From Eimeria praecox (Eukaryota), in the NCBI GenBank assembly GCA_963920595.1, contig OY986949.1, forward strand, positions 4,340,001 to 4,404,000: DNA of 64,000 bases. The letters are read 5' to 3'. This document shows positions 49,700 through 63,900 of this stretch, piece after piece. Within the stretch, counting starts at the first letter, position 1; each line of letters begins with the position of its first letter. The position numbers and the translations under genes were made by a program. Under the pieces are notes generated by a model. That model saw nothing but the letters and a program-made list of their open reading frames with translations, searched no databases and was not told the DNA's origin.

Positions 49700-50900
49700 G
49701 ACCCTCCTTCTGAAGCGCAATTCCGCAACCACCGCAGAGGGTTTCTACACCGGTAGGTGCAGGGCATTAAACCCGCCAAGTAATCAAGCGTACTTCAATG
49801 ACCTTTTGTGGAGCCTTTCCTCAAAGCACCGAAGCTTTTACTGCACCCTTTCACTGGAACTGAATCAGCGGATAGCCCACTTCATAATCAAGTTGACCAC
49901 GCCTGCAACACCGCAAATCGCAAGATCCTTCCTATCCCTCCTACGTAGTGTATGCTGGTCCGGTGTGGTTCGCGCTAGCCATGCTTGCTCACTAGACGCC
50001 CAGGCCGGTTAGCGGAGGTCCACTGGTCCACTGATCTTATCCCACGCCACCTCAAAGGGCAGGCAAACCGAAGCAGAAAAAGCCGTGTGACCCCAAAGCA
50101 CAGACGACTGTCCTATAGTACAGGGCATCCAGGCCACGTTATGCAGGCACGAGTTTCGAACTATAGGTTGTGCTAGACCAATGTACGCTTCCCCTCCAAA
50201 TATCCTCATTCCGCTGCTTCTTCAGCGACCACATCGGCAGCCATGATCCTCCTGCTATTTCTGAGTTGCGTGCGAGCACCCCTCCGCGCGCTTGGGACAG
50301 CTTGCACCGGTGTGGGGAGATATTAATAATGGCAAGAATACCGGGAAAAAATAATGATAGGCAACCGTGGCAAAGGGAGTTACCCTGCAGCGGAGGCTTT
50401 TTTTCGATTCCAGTGGTCATCCAGGCCGTAAGAAAACTAGCAACTGAAAGCAAGCAGGCATACTCCGGTAGGTGCATTTGCACCACGTCTGCGTTGTTCG
50501 CGATCCCTTGGGACAAGCGGACGCTGGGCGCGTCTGCGACGATTGCTGAGAGATGAATACTGCAGAAACTGGACAAGCGAAGGATAAGCCGCGCATGCCG
50601 CGCAAGGGAGCGGCCACAAACGGTATGCCGCAGGCTTGCCCATTTACAGTAAAATAGTAGTGACTAACCTTGCTTACGTTAACTACAGATGTTGATTTCG
50701 CGTCCCGGGCTAGCGCAGCAAACGGATGTGGTGTGAAGCCACTAATTCCTTACTGGTAGTGGCTTTGCTGGTTTCCATTTATACCGTGCCGTACTACCTA
50801 GCGGACGCCGGGCCCCGAACTTCACACAACGGAATCTGACAAAATGTGCAATGATATAGGTTTCCGCATAGGTCCCGTCAGCGTACGGCCGTCACCTTTG
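49700..50900 (-). mobile_element. Possible degraded gypsy protease/RT remnant
   Basis: YADGT and GIPFV (protease region), HTAFSASVCLPFEV (RT KTAF...FE-like). Confidence 0.4.
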
Positions 50901-51249
50901 ACCGTCGCGACTTTCCACTAGGTTTCTCCTCTCCTGCCTCTTGGGCTAGCAGGACGCCTGTACCCGCAGCCCCGTATACTTACAGGATTGGGTTCTTTCC
51001 CGTTTAACCACATTTTGCCCTCCAGCTTCGCAGCTTACTGGAACCCACTACATCTAGAACCTATTTTCTGGGACATATCCGCTGTTATTTCCCCGAGCGG
51101 CTCAGTGCTAGATCGTTTGTGCCCTTTCGTGTTCTTGCACGCTATTGCATGCCAGCGCAGTTTGAGTATACCTTCTTCACCTGCGAGCTGAACTGCTGAA
51201 ACTTACTAGTCTTCCTGTATCGTAGCCTATTTTACTGATGCCTAAGAAG

Positions 51250-54200
51250 AGTGCGGGCTCGGCAAGGCAAGCAATTAAAACGTTACAATTCTCAAATAAC
51301 TAAGGAACAAAGTATATGCATTCCTGTGGTTTGATGACGTGGGCAAAAGACATTGTCCCTGGCTCTAACGACTAGCAGTGGCTGGATCGCATATGCCAGG
51401 CGCGCTTTAGAGAGTCGCGATTGCTCTGCATTTCTTAGTGCTTCGGTGCAGGCAGTGCTTCGTAACTCTATGTGCCTTTTTGGTTTTTTCCCGACTCCCG
51501 TCAACTATGAGCCGCTATGGTTCAGTTCGAAACTGACGGCCTCAGCACGAGTTTTTTTGCTAGATGCAATCTGAGGAACCGCCATGGATTAGCTGGCTTG
51601 GAGTCTCCTTAGACCTAATGACTTCCTACTTATCGCGTGTCTCGGTTTGAGAAGAAGTCGATACCTTGAAAGGGAAGAAACTAAACTATGGGCTGCACGC
51701 GTACCATTGGAACGCTAACTTTAAAGACTCACATACAGTTCTAGAAAATATGCAAAAGAGGTGCAGCAAGGATCCTCGCGGCCCGATGATGCTATGGTTA
51801 CCTCAGATTGCCAATTATACAACCACAGAGTACTTAGTCTCCTTCATGCCAGTTCAGGCTTTTGACTCCACTCAGTTGAGGAGCAGATTCTACCTTGACA
51901 CGGCTAATCATTCGGTACACAGGCAGGCATGTTCTGTAACCACCCTACGCAGAGGCTAGCCCCAGTCTAGCAATCATTGTGAAAGGGAGAAAAGCAGTGT
52001 TGGCGCTGACCAGCCCTCAGCTGTGGCCTGTGCAAGCTACACGGCAGCGAATAGGTTAGGCCACTGACACAGGCGAGGCAAGGGGGATCGGACATCGTCC
52101 TCTTCACAGGTGAATAAGTATGAAGACAATGGCGTCTCTCATGGAGGAGAGTGTTTTGATTGCAGAGCCGCCCGTCTCTATGGACGGCACTGTCCAATAC
52201 TACCGGGGGAAATGATACTGAGCGGAAGAAATGTCCACGAGGCGATGAGTATTGGGACATTATACGCGAGAGTGTTACACTAGCCCTGACACACTCAGGT
52301 TACCGGCAGACGTAGCAGTTTTCTTGGCCAGTGAAGGCAAGAGTAGAAACACTTCTTCACGGAAGGAAGCCAAGACATTGCCTGGTACAAATGCCCCTGG
52401 TGAGAGAGGAGCGCCGCCTGCCTAATTGACGTGCGCAGAAAGGATCCTAAACCCATCGGAGAGCGCCACAATAGGGGAGCGCGCGTCGTGACGCTTGGGG
52501 CTGAAGGCAACCACCGGGCCAGCATGCTTGCTGGTAGCTGCTGGTGTTGTCTTGCTTCAGACAACAGTTCTTGGAGGCGAAGGCACCTCTCACTACTGTT
52601 CTTCGAAAGTAGTCGGTTAGCCAATAGCATTGCTTCGGTTTCCTTCGGCTCCCCTTTTCTTTCCGTGCGCGAGATAGAATACTTCGTGCAGGCATGTTCA
52701 CAATGGTTTGTCTTGGCACGTTGCGCGCAAAGCGTGCCCTGGTGGGCTTGGCAGTGAAGTGTTCAACGCCTTCCTAGGACGATAGCCCTTTTCTCCTCTG
52801 CTTTTCGGACTCGGCAGTTCTGTCGGATTTCTATTTTCTTCTTGCTTCATCAGGCAATTCCCGACCGCCACTGTATGCCCGAATACAACAGCTCCACCTT
52901 CTTTGCAACTGACTTGTAGTAACGTATCTGTTTTCTACCACGTAAGAACAAAGGCGTCTGCGAATGGGTGCCTTTGGCATGCTTGTTATATAGCCTGTGC
53001 ATATGTATGCATGGCAGGGTGCTCATCCACCATCAGCCTTTCCCCTTCTCCAGCGGCACTGGTGGCCAAAGGATCGGGTTATTTCGTTCCCCTCGATGAC
53101 CTGCGCCTTAGCCTTGCTGTAAAGCTGTGGGGTGGGTCGATTCCCAGCTGCAGCCGTTCTGACGGGGCGTGGCGTTGAGCTGATCTCTAGTTCTCCGGAA
53201 CTGTTTACAAGAGGGGCACAGCGAGCTGCAGCCTACCTTGCGTTCAATAATTATGGGTGGTGAGGGCGTTCCCGTAGAAACACACTCAAAGGGTGAAGTG
53301 CACGGAGGGGCACGTAGGGACTAAACCCAGATGGGAGGCAGCCTGATCCATATACTCTGTGATCCCAAAGGGCACGCGGCTGTTCAACCACAATAGGGAA
53401 GCTGTTTCCAAGGAGGTTGTACACCTGGTGCCCACCCTGCTGATTACTCCCCGACGAAAAGGAGAACACACAAACGAAGCAGGGTTAGAAGGGGTGCAGA
53501 GCTCAACAATCGTCCTTACTAGTAAACGGGAGCTATAGCAAAAGGGTGCCTAGGCGAGACAGTTCTACATATTGGGGAAGGGTAGGTGTAGCAAATGGGT
53601 CCCTAGAGGAAAGCTTGATAGTGACCGGGGCGAGAAGCAACGCCGCCTTCATTTTGAGGATGAAGCGAAGCAGCTTGCTGATGGAGCTCACTAGCCGACG
53701 GACTCCGCCCGCAGCTTCCAAGCTAAGGTCCGCCTGCTGTCACTAACAAGGGGTTGAACGAAAGGCTCTTGTAAAGCCTAGCATTTCATGCTTGTTTTGA
53801 CATTGGCTGCTGCCTAGCCGGGCATTCTTAGGCATTAACAATCCTTTCCATAGTCAAGAACAGTCACATTCCGCCCGCTACAACCGGGGTGCATGGCAAG
53901 CTGTGGAAGGTAGGCCGCTCACCATGAAAAGAAGGCACATTGTCAGAGGCAATTTGAACTGAACGACAAGCGAGCGGTCCCTAAAATGGCATGTGGTGCT
54001 GATCTCCTACTGTTTAAACAGCAGCCATTAGCGTATTCCTCACAGAATAGTGCCGATTTATGATGGGCTTTCGCGCAGGTTTGCGGAGAACTAGCGGGTC
54101 GAAGAAGTAGCGCTTGAAAAGCTTAGCATGATTTGGCATTTGGGTTGGCGTAACCGAGCACCCCTAGCCATTAACCATGTTTGCCCTAGATAAGCAGGCT

Positions 54201-55100
54201 ATTTTGGCCCATCAGAACCCGGTTGCGCGCACAGCGTCTACGTAGGGAAGTAACCGCTTCAGGAAACTCAGACTCTCCTTTCTGGTTGTTCATGACCTCG
54301 CAGGAGAGATGTATGGATTCGACTAGTCTTTTCGCGGCCTTCTTCTCCGGGATGAAGTGCGCAAGGTTGGCTGTAACTGCTCTTGCTGAACAAAGTACCG
54401 GTAGAACTGATGTTGAAGAGGTGTAGGGAGATGCGTCAAGGGTTTAACATACTTGTCTATGTTTGATGTATGCAAAGAAACCTTGTGCAAAAACAGTAGC
54501 ACGCTGAGCAAGTCGGGAATGAGAATACGTTCGCAAGCTAGCTTGAAATGTTCTGCACCAGAAACCTATAGTTTTTAGAGGTGCGAGAGGAAAGGCAAAG
54601 ACGACTCTGAGCCTATCGTCCAACTACCAGACACCTGCTGGGCCAAGTCAGGTGCATCATTATCATCCCGGCGCAAGGAAGATCATGCGCCAAACTGATT
54701 TAACCCCTAGCACGTAATTTATCAGTTTTGATTGAGGTAGAGTAGCCCACTAGGCGCCTTACTGCAAACAGCGAAGTTCACTGGGGGAGAGGGAGGGAAT
54801 ACAAAGTTGCAGAGATGGCGAGAAATCTTTGGCGGACATAGGGTTAGCTTGCCGATTATTCCCACCGTTGTAACCTGCGCATCGGGAGCCCCTCCGCTTA
54901 TGAACGTGTGTGTATTCAACAACCGTGCGCGGCCTTGGTTATTTACCATTACATTTAGCCTGCATGCGTGCTCCAGGACACAAATTGATCTGCTGTACGC
55001 CGGCCTTGCTAGACACGATTGCGGATGGCGTGGCTGCTTGCTGCGCGCCACAAAGCAGCAGGATGCCGTCCCTGCTCGATTTTAGTAGCGGTATAATGCC
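51250..55100 (-). mobile_element. Degraded gypsy element with collinear protease, RT, RNase H and integrase traces
   Basis: VMVNNQGRARLLNTHTFIS (protease), AAGGVRRLVSS...RDPFATP and SRVPFGIT (RT), MLARWL (post-RNase H), HQTTG (integrase C-terminal); gypsy domain order. Confidence 0.62.
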
Positions 55101-56299
55101 ATTCAATCCGACCAGTGAACGGCTAGCTTTGTAAAAGTTCGTGTACATTTGCCGCAACTGTTGCTTTATTTTAACCCCCCCGGCAACTGCCTGCTGACGT
55201 TGTAAGTGCTGGGCGTAAGAGTAGCCCGTTATCCTGATCATTTGTGTTTAATACCTCCTGCGAAAGCTGCGCAAGGGGATCGCATGCTTTTTGTGTGCGG
55301 CGTTTGTGGCTAGATCGCTTCGGCCTACTGCCTTCATTCCTTTTTCCCTCAGTGTCTACTACTCTTAGAACCCGAGATTCGGCATTTGTGCAGGTTGTAG
55401 CCCGGCGCACTAGAAACGACGCTACCCTATGCCTTGACTCTGAATATTCCTACCCCCTTGCATTCGCAAAGCTTATGGCCGTACCTTACTTAACTGAGAG
55501 AAGATCAACGGGAAAGTGAAGCCGAAGAGAAGGCCCTTTTGCTTACCTACGATTCACCTGTCACCGAAGGACTATTCCGTGGCCCATCCGAGAAGCCGGT
55601 AAGCAAAAACGTAGAACACGCATAAAAACAGGCTGCTGCCCAGCGTGGCGCAGTGCTTGTGGCTGGGGTAATCGCAATGCCACAATTTCCTCCAAGCTTG
55701 TTCTATGATGGACGCGTACATTCCTTCACCCTATATTTCGGGGTTTCCACAGTTTACATCGAAAGATGCACCCTTCAGGCGACCTCGGCCAAAATTTTGG
55801 GCAGCCACTCAAGTAGCCAGTCTAACAGCGGCCAACCTGCCAACAGCTTGCAGGAGTTTGGCAATACATGGGTAACCATACGCATAGCAGAAGTGATATT
55901 ATTGGAAGTGCCATATGGCACTTATGAGAACAACAGGCGCTGTGCTACTGGTGATATTGCATCTCCTGTGAAAGCCACAGTAGGCCAAAGTATTGGTCCA
56001 TTTCCCCATGGCAGTTGTTGCTCGCGCCGACTTACTTCATATACTTTGCCCAAACACGGGGGAGCAACCATATCGTTGATGAGCGTTTTCTCAACGGGGT
56101 GGGGGAAACGTGAAAATGAATAAAAGTAGTCCCTGGAAAAGAGAAACAATCCGCCCTGCTTGGTGGTCATCAATTCCTCAATGCTGGTATATCGTCCAGG
56201 GTAGAGAAGGGCGTGATTTCATAAGAACATAATGCTGCCCAAACCCACCAGGAAACCGGCACCCTAAGTGAATGTTAAGCCGTCAGATAAATATAGGAC

Positions 56300-59200
56300 C
56301 ATCTATTTGCCTTCCTTTATCCCGCAGCGGCTGGTAAAGGCTTGCCCGTTAGAGGCTTACGTATATGCTGGGTCTCTCTGAAGATGGAAAGCGCAAAGAT
56401 CACACCTGCAACTGTCCTACTAACGCGCCTTCCGCTTCCGGCGCAGCCTAGGGCAGAGAGCTCATTCCTCTTGCACCATATATTAGAATGGGTTACCAGC
56501 CTTAGAGGCCTTATCAAAGCAGACCCCTCGGGGGGAGTTGATAATGCTCGTTTGTGGTAGGTCATCTTGTGGTTTTGCTTGGGCGACAATTTCGGGAAAA
56601 AATCGGTGCTCTGAACCCAGCGTCGTTGCAAAAGTCGCTGCCGCTGAGGAATGGCCCATGGTGTTGCACAGGTGTGCCGCATGAACATCCGGCCACTAGT
56701 ACGAACTCCCAGCAAGTCTTTGGTTTCATTTTCCGGTTTTGGTGCCCAGTACCTTTCCGGCCTGGCCGTCGTCCTAGATGCACCCTTCATTTTTACAGCT
56801 CAGGCACCTCAGGGCAGCTGATTATCTTCCCGTACCGCCGTGCCCGCAAACCTCGGCAACTGACAACGTTGCCAGCAGGTCCATGCCCGGTTGTGCCAGG
56901 CAGAGTTCCCTACTTCTGAGGAAGTCGCCGGAGAGGTAGAGAACGCAACAAACGTTTAAGGTGAACTATGCCTTTTCCGGGAATTCACTCGCCCCAAGTA
57001 ACGCGGACGCCTTCGGTCACGTTGCCTAGCGGTAGGCAGAAACTAGCGCTGGATGAGACAAAAGCAAAAGTAGTTCAAAAAAGGCCTTCACTATTAGAAA
57101 TGCCTCCGAGAGTCCTACGAGCTGGGCTATCCAGCTTCAATGATTTTTGTGCGTACTCAGTTCAGTCACCTGCCGAAAATGCGTTCCCCGTGCTTCGTTT
57201 CCTTTTGCTTGAGCCCTTGTTCTCAACTGCTGCGAGCATCTTGTAGTAGGTTTTCTCCGATGTGAGCATCATTCCATAGCAATTTAGTGTCCTAAGAGGC
57301 CCCCACAATGGGTGCCATTGCTCTTTTGCGAGTGCCTTCCCACTTTTTCGCCATGCTGGATTCCTAGTACTGCCTCGTGGTTTACCCACCTGGTGGAACC
57401 GGACAGCCCCCGCGAGATACTTTGAGCCGCATAGTCCTTGTTGTACTCCCATATTGCAAGGACGTCCACTATGTGTCAAGGAACGGTAAAGAACTCCCCT
57501 TAGTGTAATAGCTGAAAGTAAAGCAGTGCTTGAGGGATATCGGATCCCTCAGGGCCCTTACCTCACTCTCATCAAGAACTGCGCAATATGTTGGCAGCCA
57601 GCTCAAAGGAGATAGACCTTCTTCATCATGGCAACCTAAATGCCAAATGACAACTGCATTCCAAAATAATCGCAGATGTGGACTTGCCATAGTATCTCCA
57701 AACCCCTTGGAAGGTGTGGCCGGAAATGGCTTGAACGGGGAGGGAGCTGCGAGGGCAAAGGAATGGCGCTAACGAATGAGCTCTCCCTCCTGCGCGACCT
57801 TCCTCAGCCGCAGCTTCAGGACTTTTGCGCTGCTTCCAAGTGAATTGTGATCACAAACGTACCTCGCGGAGGCAAAATGCTGCCTTAAAGTGGATTGAAT
57901 TCGAGCAGGCTAACCTTAGAATGAATCTGTGGGGTGCCTTCCTCTGTGACCATTGAAGGCTTGGTAGAACGGCCGAACGATCCCTTTCTTCCAACCCCAA
58001 GCTAGAAGTGCAGGACTTCCGAATGCATCAGTTGCGTACATCAGTTAAGGAGAGACCACAATCCGGACGCTCTTGTAGAACTTTCGAAAAAGAAAACTGA
58101 CGTCCCCTACAAACACCACGAGTCCTGGGCAGCGCGGGAGTTTGGAGCTGCTGGAAGGGGGATCAGGCCTGTCGGGTGTTGCAACGCAACTTCTCGCCAC
58201 TAATGATGCATCTCTCCACACGTGAGAATATATTCAATTCACCATTGTTACATGTGCTACCCCTGTAGACTGTTGCGTAGAAAGCCTTTAATTACCTGCA
58301 TGGCACCTATCAGACAGTCTGCACGCAAGCAGAAATACATGCCCAGATTTTGGGCAACTGACGCTACACCCTGTTGCAGTAACGCTGGAAGACTGCGGAG
58401 AAGCTGCCAGCCTTACAGGTACTAGGTTACTGCAGTTAATAGTCACTACAGTAAGTAACTAACCAACAATAACCTAGTTGCAGAAACAGAAATGCATTTG
58501 TGAATGTTTTTTTTGGCATGATTTTAACAAGCAAGCCGTATTTGCCATTTCCGCGTTCTTCATTCCCTACAGCTAATACCTCAGCCTTGACCAGCTTCAC
58601 GATCAATTATGCTTTGCATAGCAGACTCATGCCTGCATCGATTCCTTGTTCTAGCGCAGCAGCCCGGGGCATGGCGCGCTTCTGCGAAGTAGAAGTGCGA
58701 AGCCTTATAGGAAGTTTTAGAGTGAGTAAGACCCAAAACGTTGAATCACCACGTATGCATTTATGAGCTTTTCCATACAGCCAACAGGCGTTAGGAGCCA
58801 GGGGATGCTCCTGCCAAGCAGAGAATCGTTCATCTCACCTGCAGTGCCAACATCCGCTCAAGTTGATAATGGGTACTAATCTGTTGCATAATTCTGACAA
58901 CCAATGTATCCCCTTCCTACCTTTTTGATGCAGCTATCTGTTTTTCAGCGTGTGCAGTGCCGCCGTACCCTCTTTATGTTCATTACAGCCGCAGCCGTCC
59001 GTCGCTCTTCTTTACCTAGCCCAACTTGCTTTCCTTGCTTTATTCACCTAGCGGTCTAAATCATGCCCGCGGGCTGCAGAATGGCAGCAGCCGCCAGCTT
59101 CAATCATAATGAAGAGAGCTATCGTAATGGCGTTTCCATGCTGTATGCTGATCAGTCGTGCGGCAAAACAAAGTGGTCTGAGTGTGAAGACGGGGAGGGA

Positions 59201-59400
59201 ATAATTGCCAGGGTGATCCGCTTGAAGATGGCCTTCCTGAAGTACCCGCATAGCCCCTTCTTTAGCTTCCAGCACGAAGTCCTACTGGTTGACCGCTGGA
59301 TACTTTGTAACCGTCTCCCCATTTTCATGGAGGGCATTCAAATGAATCAAGCCTTACCGGGTTTCGACACGTGCAACGATGCATAGAGTCAGCATTTGTT
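56300..59400 (-). mobile_element. Possible highly degraded gypsy pol remnant
   Basis: IIPSPSSHS..FVLPHD (RT start), RKFY...VSP/LTD (connection), NMGV (zinc finger), KMTYH (core); all weak. Confidence 0.35.
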
Positions 59401-60235
59401 GAGACAATAGTAGAGCGCAACTGTGGGCCTGAGCTCAACGACTCACCCGCATTCAAGGATGTGGACGCTTACCAAGATAGGCTGGTGTGCTGTATCTGCC
59501 ACGATGGTGGTATAGTTTTTGTCTGGAAGTTCAGAATATATCTTGCGCGCAGTTAATTCGGCTCAACAAGTGTGCTGGGAGCTCTGAACAGTGGCGCCAC
59601 CGCCAGCGCATCGTAAAGTTGTTACGGTGTTAAACTACGAGTTCCAAATGCTGCGATAATGCTACGTAATCCGGCTTTTTGGTGAGTGTATGTACCGCTA
59701 GGCATAAGGCTAGCAGGTGATCTTGTATGGCAAATTCTTACTTTAAACCCGCGTCAGCCTTCGTAGATTCCTGCGAGATATCAGCAATGTTTGTCAGCTA
59801 ATTGCACAATGTATTGCATGCACAGTAGAGAATCATAGACCTCAGGGCACCTTTTCATCAACCCTGTATTTTGCTGCTTTTGACCCCGTGTCTCTCTGAT
59901 CCTTTCTCCAGAAACAGTCACCCGCTTGTAACCAGGCACCTTTGCCGGCTTCTCAGCATACAATGGTCTCTCGTCGTGATATTCGCCCTCACCATTCCAC
60001 TACGAGCTACATCAGAGAGAGGCACGTGATAAGTTTAAGCTTTTTACCAAGACACTAGATGTAGCTTGGATAGGGAACTTGAGCACAATGCTAGGCAATT
60101 CTGAAGCTTTAACTCTCAATAATCCACAAATACAAGACTAAGTACAAACGTGAATAACATAACTTGCTATACCTGTAAGAAGCAAGAAAGCTCTAGGGAC
60201 TCCACCATGTGCTGGTGTTGCCACTAGCCAGGTAG

Positions 60236-60642
60236 TGTAGTGAACAGTTGGCCAACACTGTTACTACGATAGATCCCTAGGCTAACAGAGTAGGTGCACA
60301 CGCTACAATCTCGCTCTTAAACTTATGATTCTCGCTGAAACCATTAACAAACACCGTTAACAACCAAATATATGATCGAGTACCTATTATTGTTCCACAA
60401 GGAAAAGCCAGAATAATAGAACTGATGATCGACCCTCGCTGAGGGCCCGGACCAGAGTCACAGCAACAGCCTCACACCAGGCCCCAAGCTGGTGCTGGCT
60501 TGCGGGCACTCTGATCCTACTAAGCTGCCTTGCTATCTAAAGTGTCCTAATCTCGGAAATCTTCTTATGTGTTCATTCCTTTTCATGATATCAGGCCTCT
60601 GGAGGCCACACCAGAGATCCATTGTAGTGCCTGTGCACTACA
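60236..60642 (-). mobile_element. Solo-LTR-like element, third copy (407 bp), inverted relative to the other two
   Basis: Reverse complement aligns end to end with 3696-4104; perfect 5-bp TSD ggtag (60231-60235 and 60643-60647). Confidence 0.92.
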
Positions 60643-63299
60643 GGTAGTGGCCAATAAATGCTTTGGTATTCCAAATTCAGAGCGCCAATCTCCCTTTTCA
60701 ATCGACGTGAGTTGTAATTATTGGTTTTGCGGAATCTATTGGAAGCTTGATGAGAAAGGGTTGCCATAAGTTAAAGTAACAAACTGCAGATATCCGAATG
60801 ATGCGAGGTGAAATATTTGTTTTGCATAACTTGGCTGACAGTTTGGCAATTGTATAACGTTTCAGCACTCAGTAGTTTGGGTCAGAAATAAGCACTGTGC
60901 TCTATGCCAACAGATCCAGCGCAAGGTGATATAACGTTAAGGGCCTCATTGAAGGAACAAGCCTGTACGTGATTATACAAAGGGTAGCAGCGCTAACAGC
61001 CCCTGGAAGTGCCAAGAACACCCAAACACAGCCCAAGGGGCCCTAGATACTTCAAATTAGCCATTGAGCCCATACTTTAGCTACTTAGGTTGCAGAAAGA
61101 TGATTGCAATCACGTACAAGAAGGAAAGATCAATATAGGCGGATCTAAATAGCGGGAACAAACGGCTTTCAGCCGGTTTAGAGCACACCTGCAGGAATAG
61201 CGCGAAGAACGCAAAGTGGCGCACTGCTTCCTTTGAAGGATTAGACTAAAGGCCAGTCCGTGCAAACCTGCGGGCGGGACTTAAGGGTGAGCTAACCTAA
61301 GTGAGACCCCCACCCACTGAAACGAAACAACAGCTTGGAAGCGAAATTCTGCTTCTAGTGAACCCTGGAAAAACGTGCAAGTATCAGTTCACGTATCAGT
61401 TCAGCAATGCCTGTGTATTCCATTACGCCAAGGAGAAACTCTCAGAGACATACAATATGCAGAAAGAATAACACCAATTTGAGATCAGAATATCCTGGGA
61501 GATACCAGGGACTTAGGCACTTTTGTGGTGCCTGGGCTTGACAACATTCTCATACATTCTGAGCTAACGTACAAATAGCAGCTGAACGTCTTTGACAAAG
61601 ACATTTACGCCGCCAGTAGGTCTGCCCTTAAGCTCTTAGAAAGCACAAGCAGCAAGCTGTCTCACCTTCCCGGAGCCTAATGGGGACTGAAAAGAAGAGT
61701 TATAACCAGATAGATAGACCGTGAAGCAGAGAAGCTGAACAGCCCCGAAAACATTGGAGAAGCCCCTGAACGGCAGCTAATGGGGATGAGCAGCAGGCCA
61801 TACGTATGCACACCCAATGATGAACTGAGCAATTGATAAAAAATCCTCTCTCGTGTGCATGGATCATACCCATGGGCCCCTCAGTTACTGCAAGGAGAAG
61901 GTCAGGGACAACGAATATTTCAAGAACGTGTTTATTGACCTACGGAAGCAGGAAGCAAATAAGTCAGCGAGAGAGAGTGCAACCGATTGAATGTACGTTC
62001 TGAAGAAAAGGGCTAGGTTTGGCACCAATTTACAGCATCGTATAAGGCCATGTTAAGCAACTTCCTCCAGAGCGGCAGCACCATGTGGTGAATGGCAAGA
62101 TCAATCACAGAAAATCCACGGCAAACAAAAATGTGGAGAGCAGCGCTTCTCTACAGGGATACAGCCCTCTGAAGGCTGAGAGAGCTATCGTCACGCTAAG
62201 GGGGAGTGCTCACTAGTGCTTTTCGCAATGATTACCAAAGATCTGGGCCCAAGCGAAAGCGAAGCTGAGCCTACCGACCTAGAAGGTAAAAGGGCACCCA
62301 CAAAGTCCACCGAAACAGAAAACGTTTTACGAGGGTGAAGGCGATGTGAGTGTAAACGGGTGGCCGTAGGGGAGGGTCTTGTCGCTCTGCTTTTGCATCG
62401 GCCACAGACAGCCGTCGTACAAAAGGCAGCATGCCCCATGATCGATAGCTCGACCCTTCAGTGAACATGTATATGGATGTTGAGAGTATTATGCGTTTGG
62501 TGATAAAGTTCTCCCCATGGTATTCACTTTTATCCAGGCGGATTACTTCATTACTTCCACCACGACTGCATCCCCCCATAAGCCCTGGTATGCACAAACT
62601 CCACTACTTTTGCCCTGGGCCTCGCCAACAGCAGCTCGACTGTCTAGAGCCGATTCGCGTCTCATCAAAACCTGAAAAAGTGTTTTTCCCGTATATGGGC
62701 CTCGACTGGTTTATCCTCGCGCTTCTGGAGTGGCTGGCTCACGAGCTACGAATAACTGGAACAGCAGGCGGCCACCTGAACCGTGGCAATGCACGGGAAT
62801 GCATGGTGTGCCAATAAAGCTCAGTTTCGTGCTTGCCTACGTGTTTCCGTTGATATAACGTGCTGGAAAGTTCTCATATACCTATCAGGGATAGAGCTGC
62901 CTTGCAGCAGGGACGGGGCACAGGAGTACTTGCACTCTTCCACTGTAGAGCAACAGCTGTGTAACAACACAGCCTTAAGAAGTTAGTACCTTATGGGATA
63001 GTCGTCTTCTAAGACCTCTATGCACGTGGGTCAAACAAGTTCCCCCCGCTGCCTGTTGGCGTACATCGGCTTTTTCAAGGCAATTAGCCCCTTCGAATTT
63101 ATCAAGCCTTACGCGAAGGGCAACTTCATCGTGGTACAATGGGTGCTTTTACGCAAATGTGGGGAACGATTCACTGCCTTTGCATTGCTTGACGAATGCC
63201 TCACCAATGGGCAAATTAGCAAAAGTAGCTGGGCATCCCAGTAGCTACCTTCTAGCACTAAGTGCATGCCTTCGCAACTCAGGGGTGTAATGGCGCATA

Positions 63300-63900
63300 A
63301 ACGACAAATTCGCCGTCGAACAGCAATGCTTCATGGCCTGTCGTACCAATGCTGTACCCTCTGTCATCGTTTTGCTTTGAATCTTACCAATTTGGACAGA
63401 AGGGCTGACCGCTGCAGGCCAACCTCACTTGCCTCATTGCATATTTTGCGGTGATGCGCTCCCTGTCAGCACACTTCTTGCTTAGAGCACACAGATCTTA
63501 TGGCCAGCTTAGACCAACGACTGAAGGGCGGGGAAAAGCAACTACCTGTTGGGACAGCAGGTTCTTGTAATCCTTTTAAAAGAAAAACAAGGGTGTTTTG
63601 CTTGCTCACAATTGCGTGGAATGCCAGGGCTCCAGTGCGCTTCGGTAAGGACGGTAAGGACGGGGGAACCGCTGGAGAGAGACCCTGCAACCTTCTGCAA
63701 TATCTCAAATTGATAGCGATATTATGTACGCGTCTTCTGCACTGCCAGGTACTGGCAGACCCAAGCAGGTACAGCTCCCTGCCCGCACAGTTAGCCGTCC
63801 GACCACAGGGATTCACTCTCCGAATCACAAACCGTCTTATTTTTTATTCCTTGCCAACGGTCCCAGGGTGCAAGCGATGGATGTTGATTAACTGTGAATC
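63300..63900 (-). mobile_element. Possible degraded gypsy RT remnant
   Basis: KQNTLVFLLKGLQEPAVPTGSCFSP resembles KTAF...GxYExxVMPFGLxNSP. Confidence 0.35.

Noticed and set aside
60650..62800. Plus-strand gypsy remnant around the third solo LTR
   Set aside because: Only very faint echoes (for example ELTY); not enough to list as a feature.
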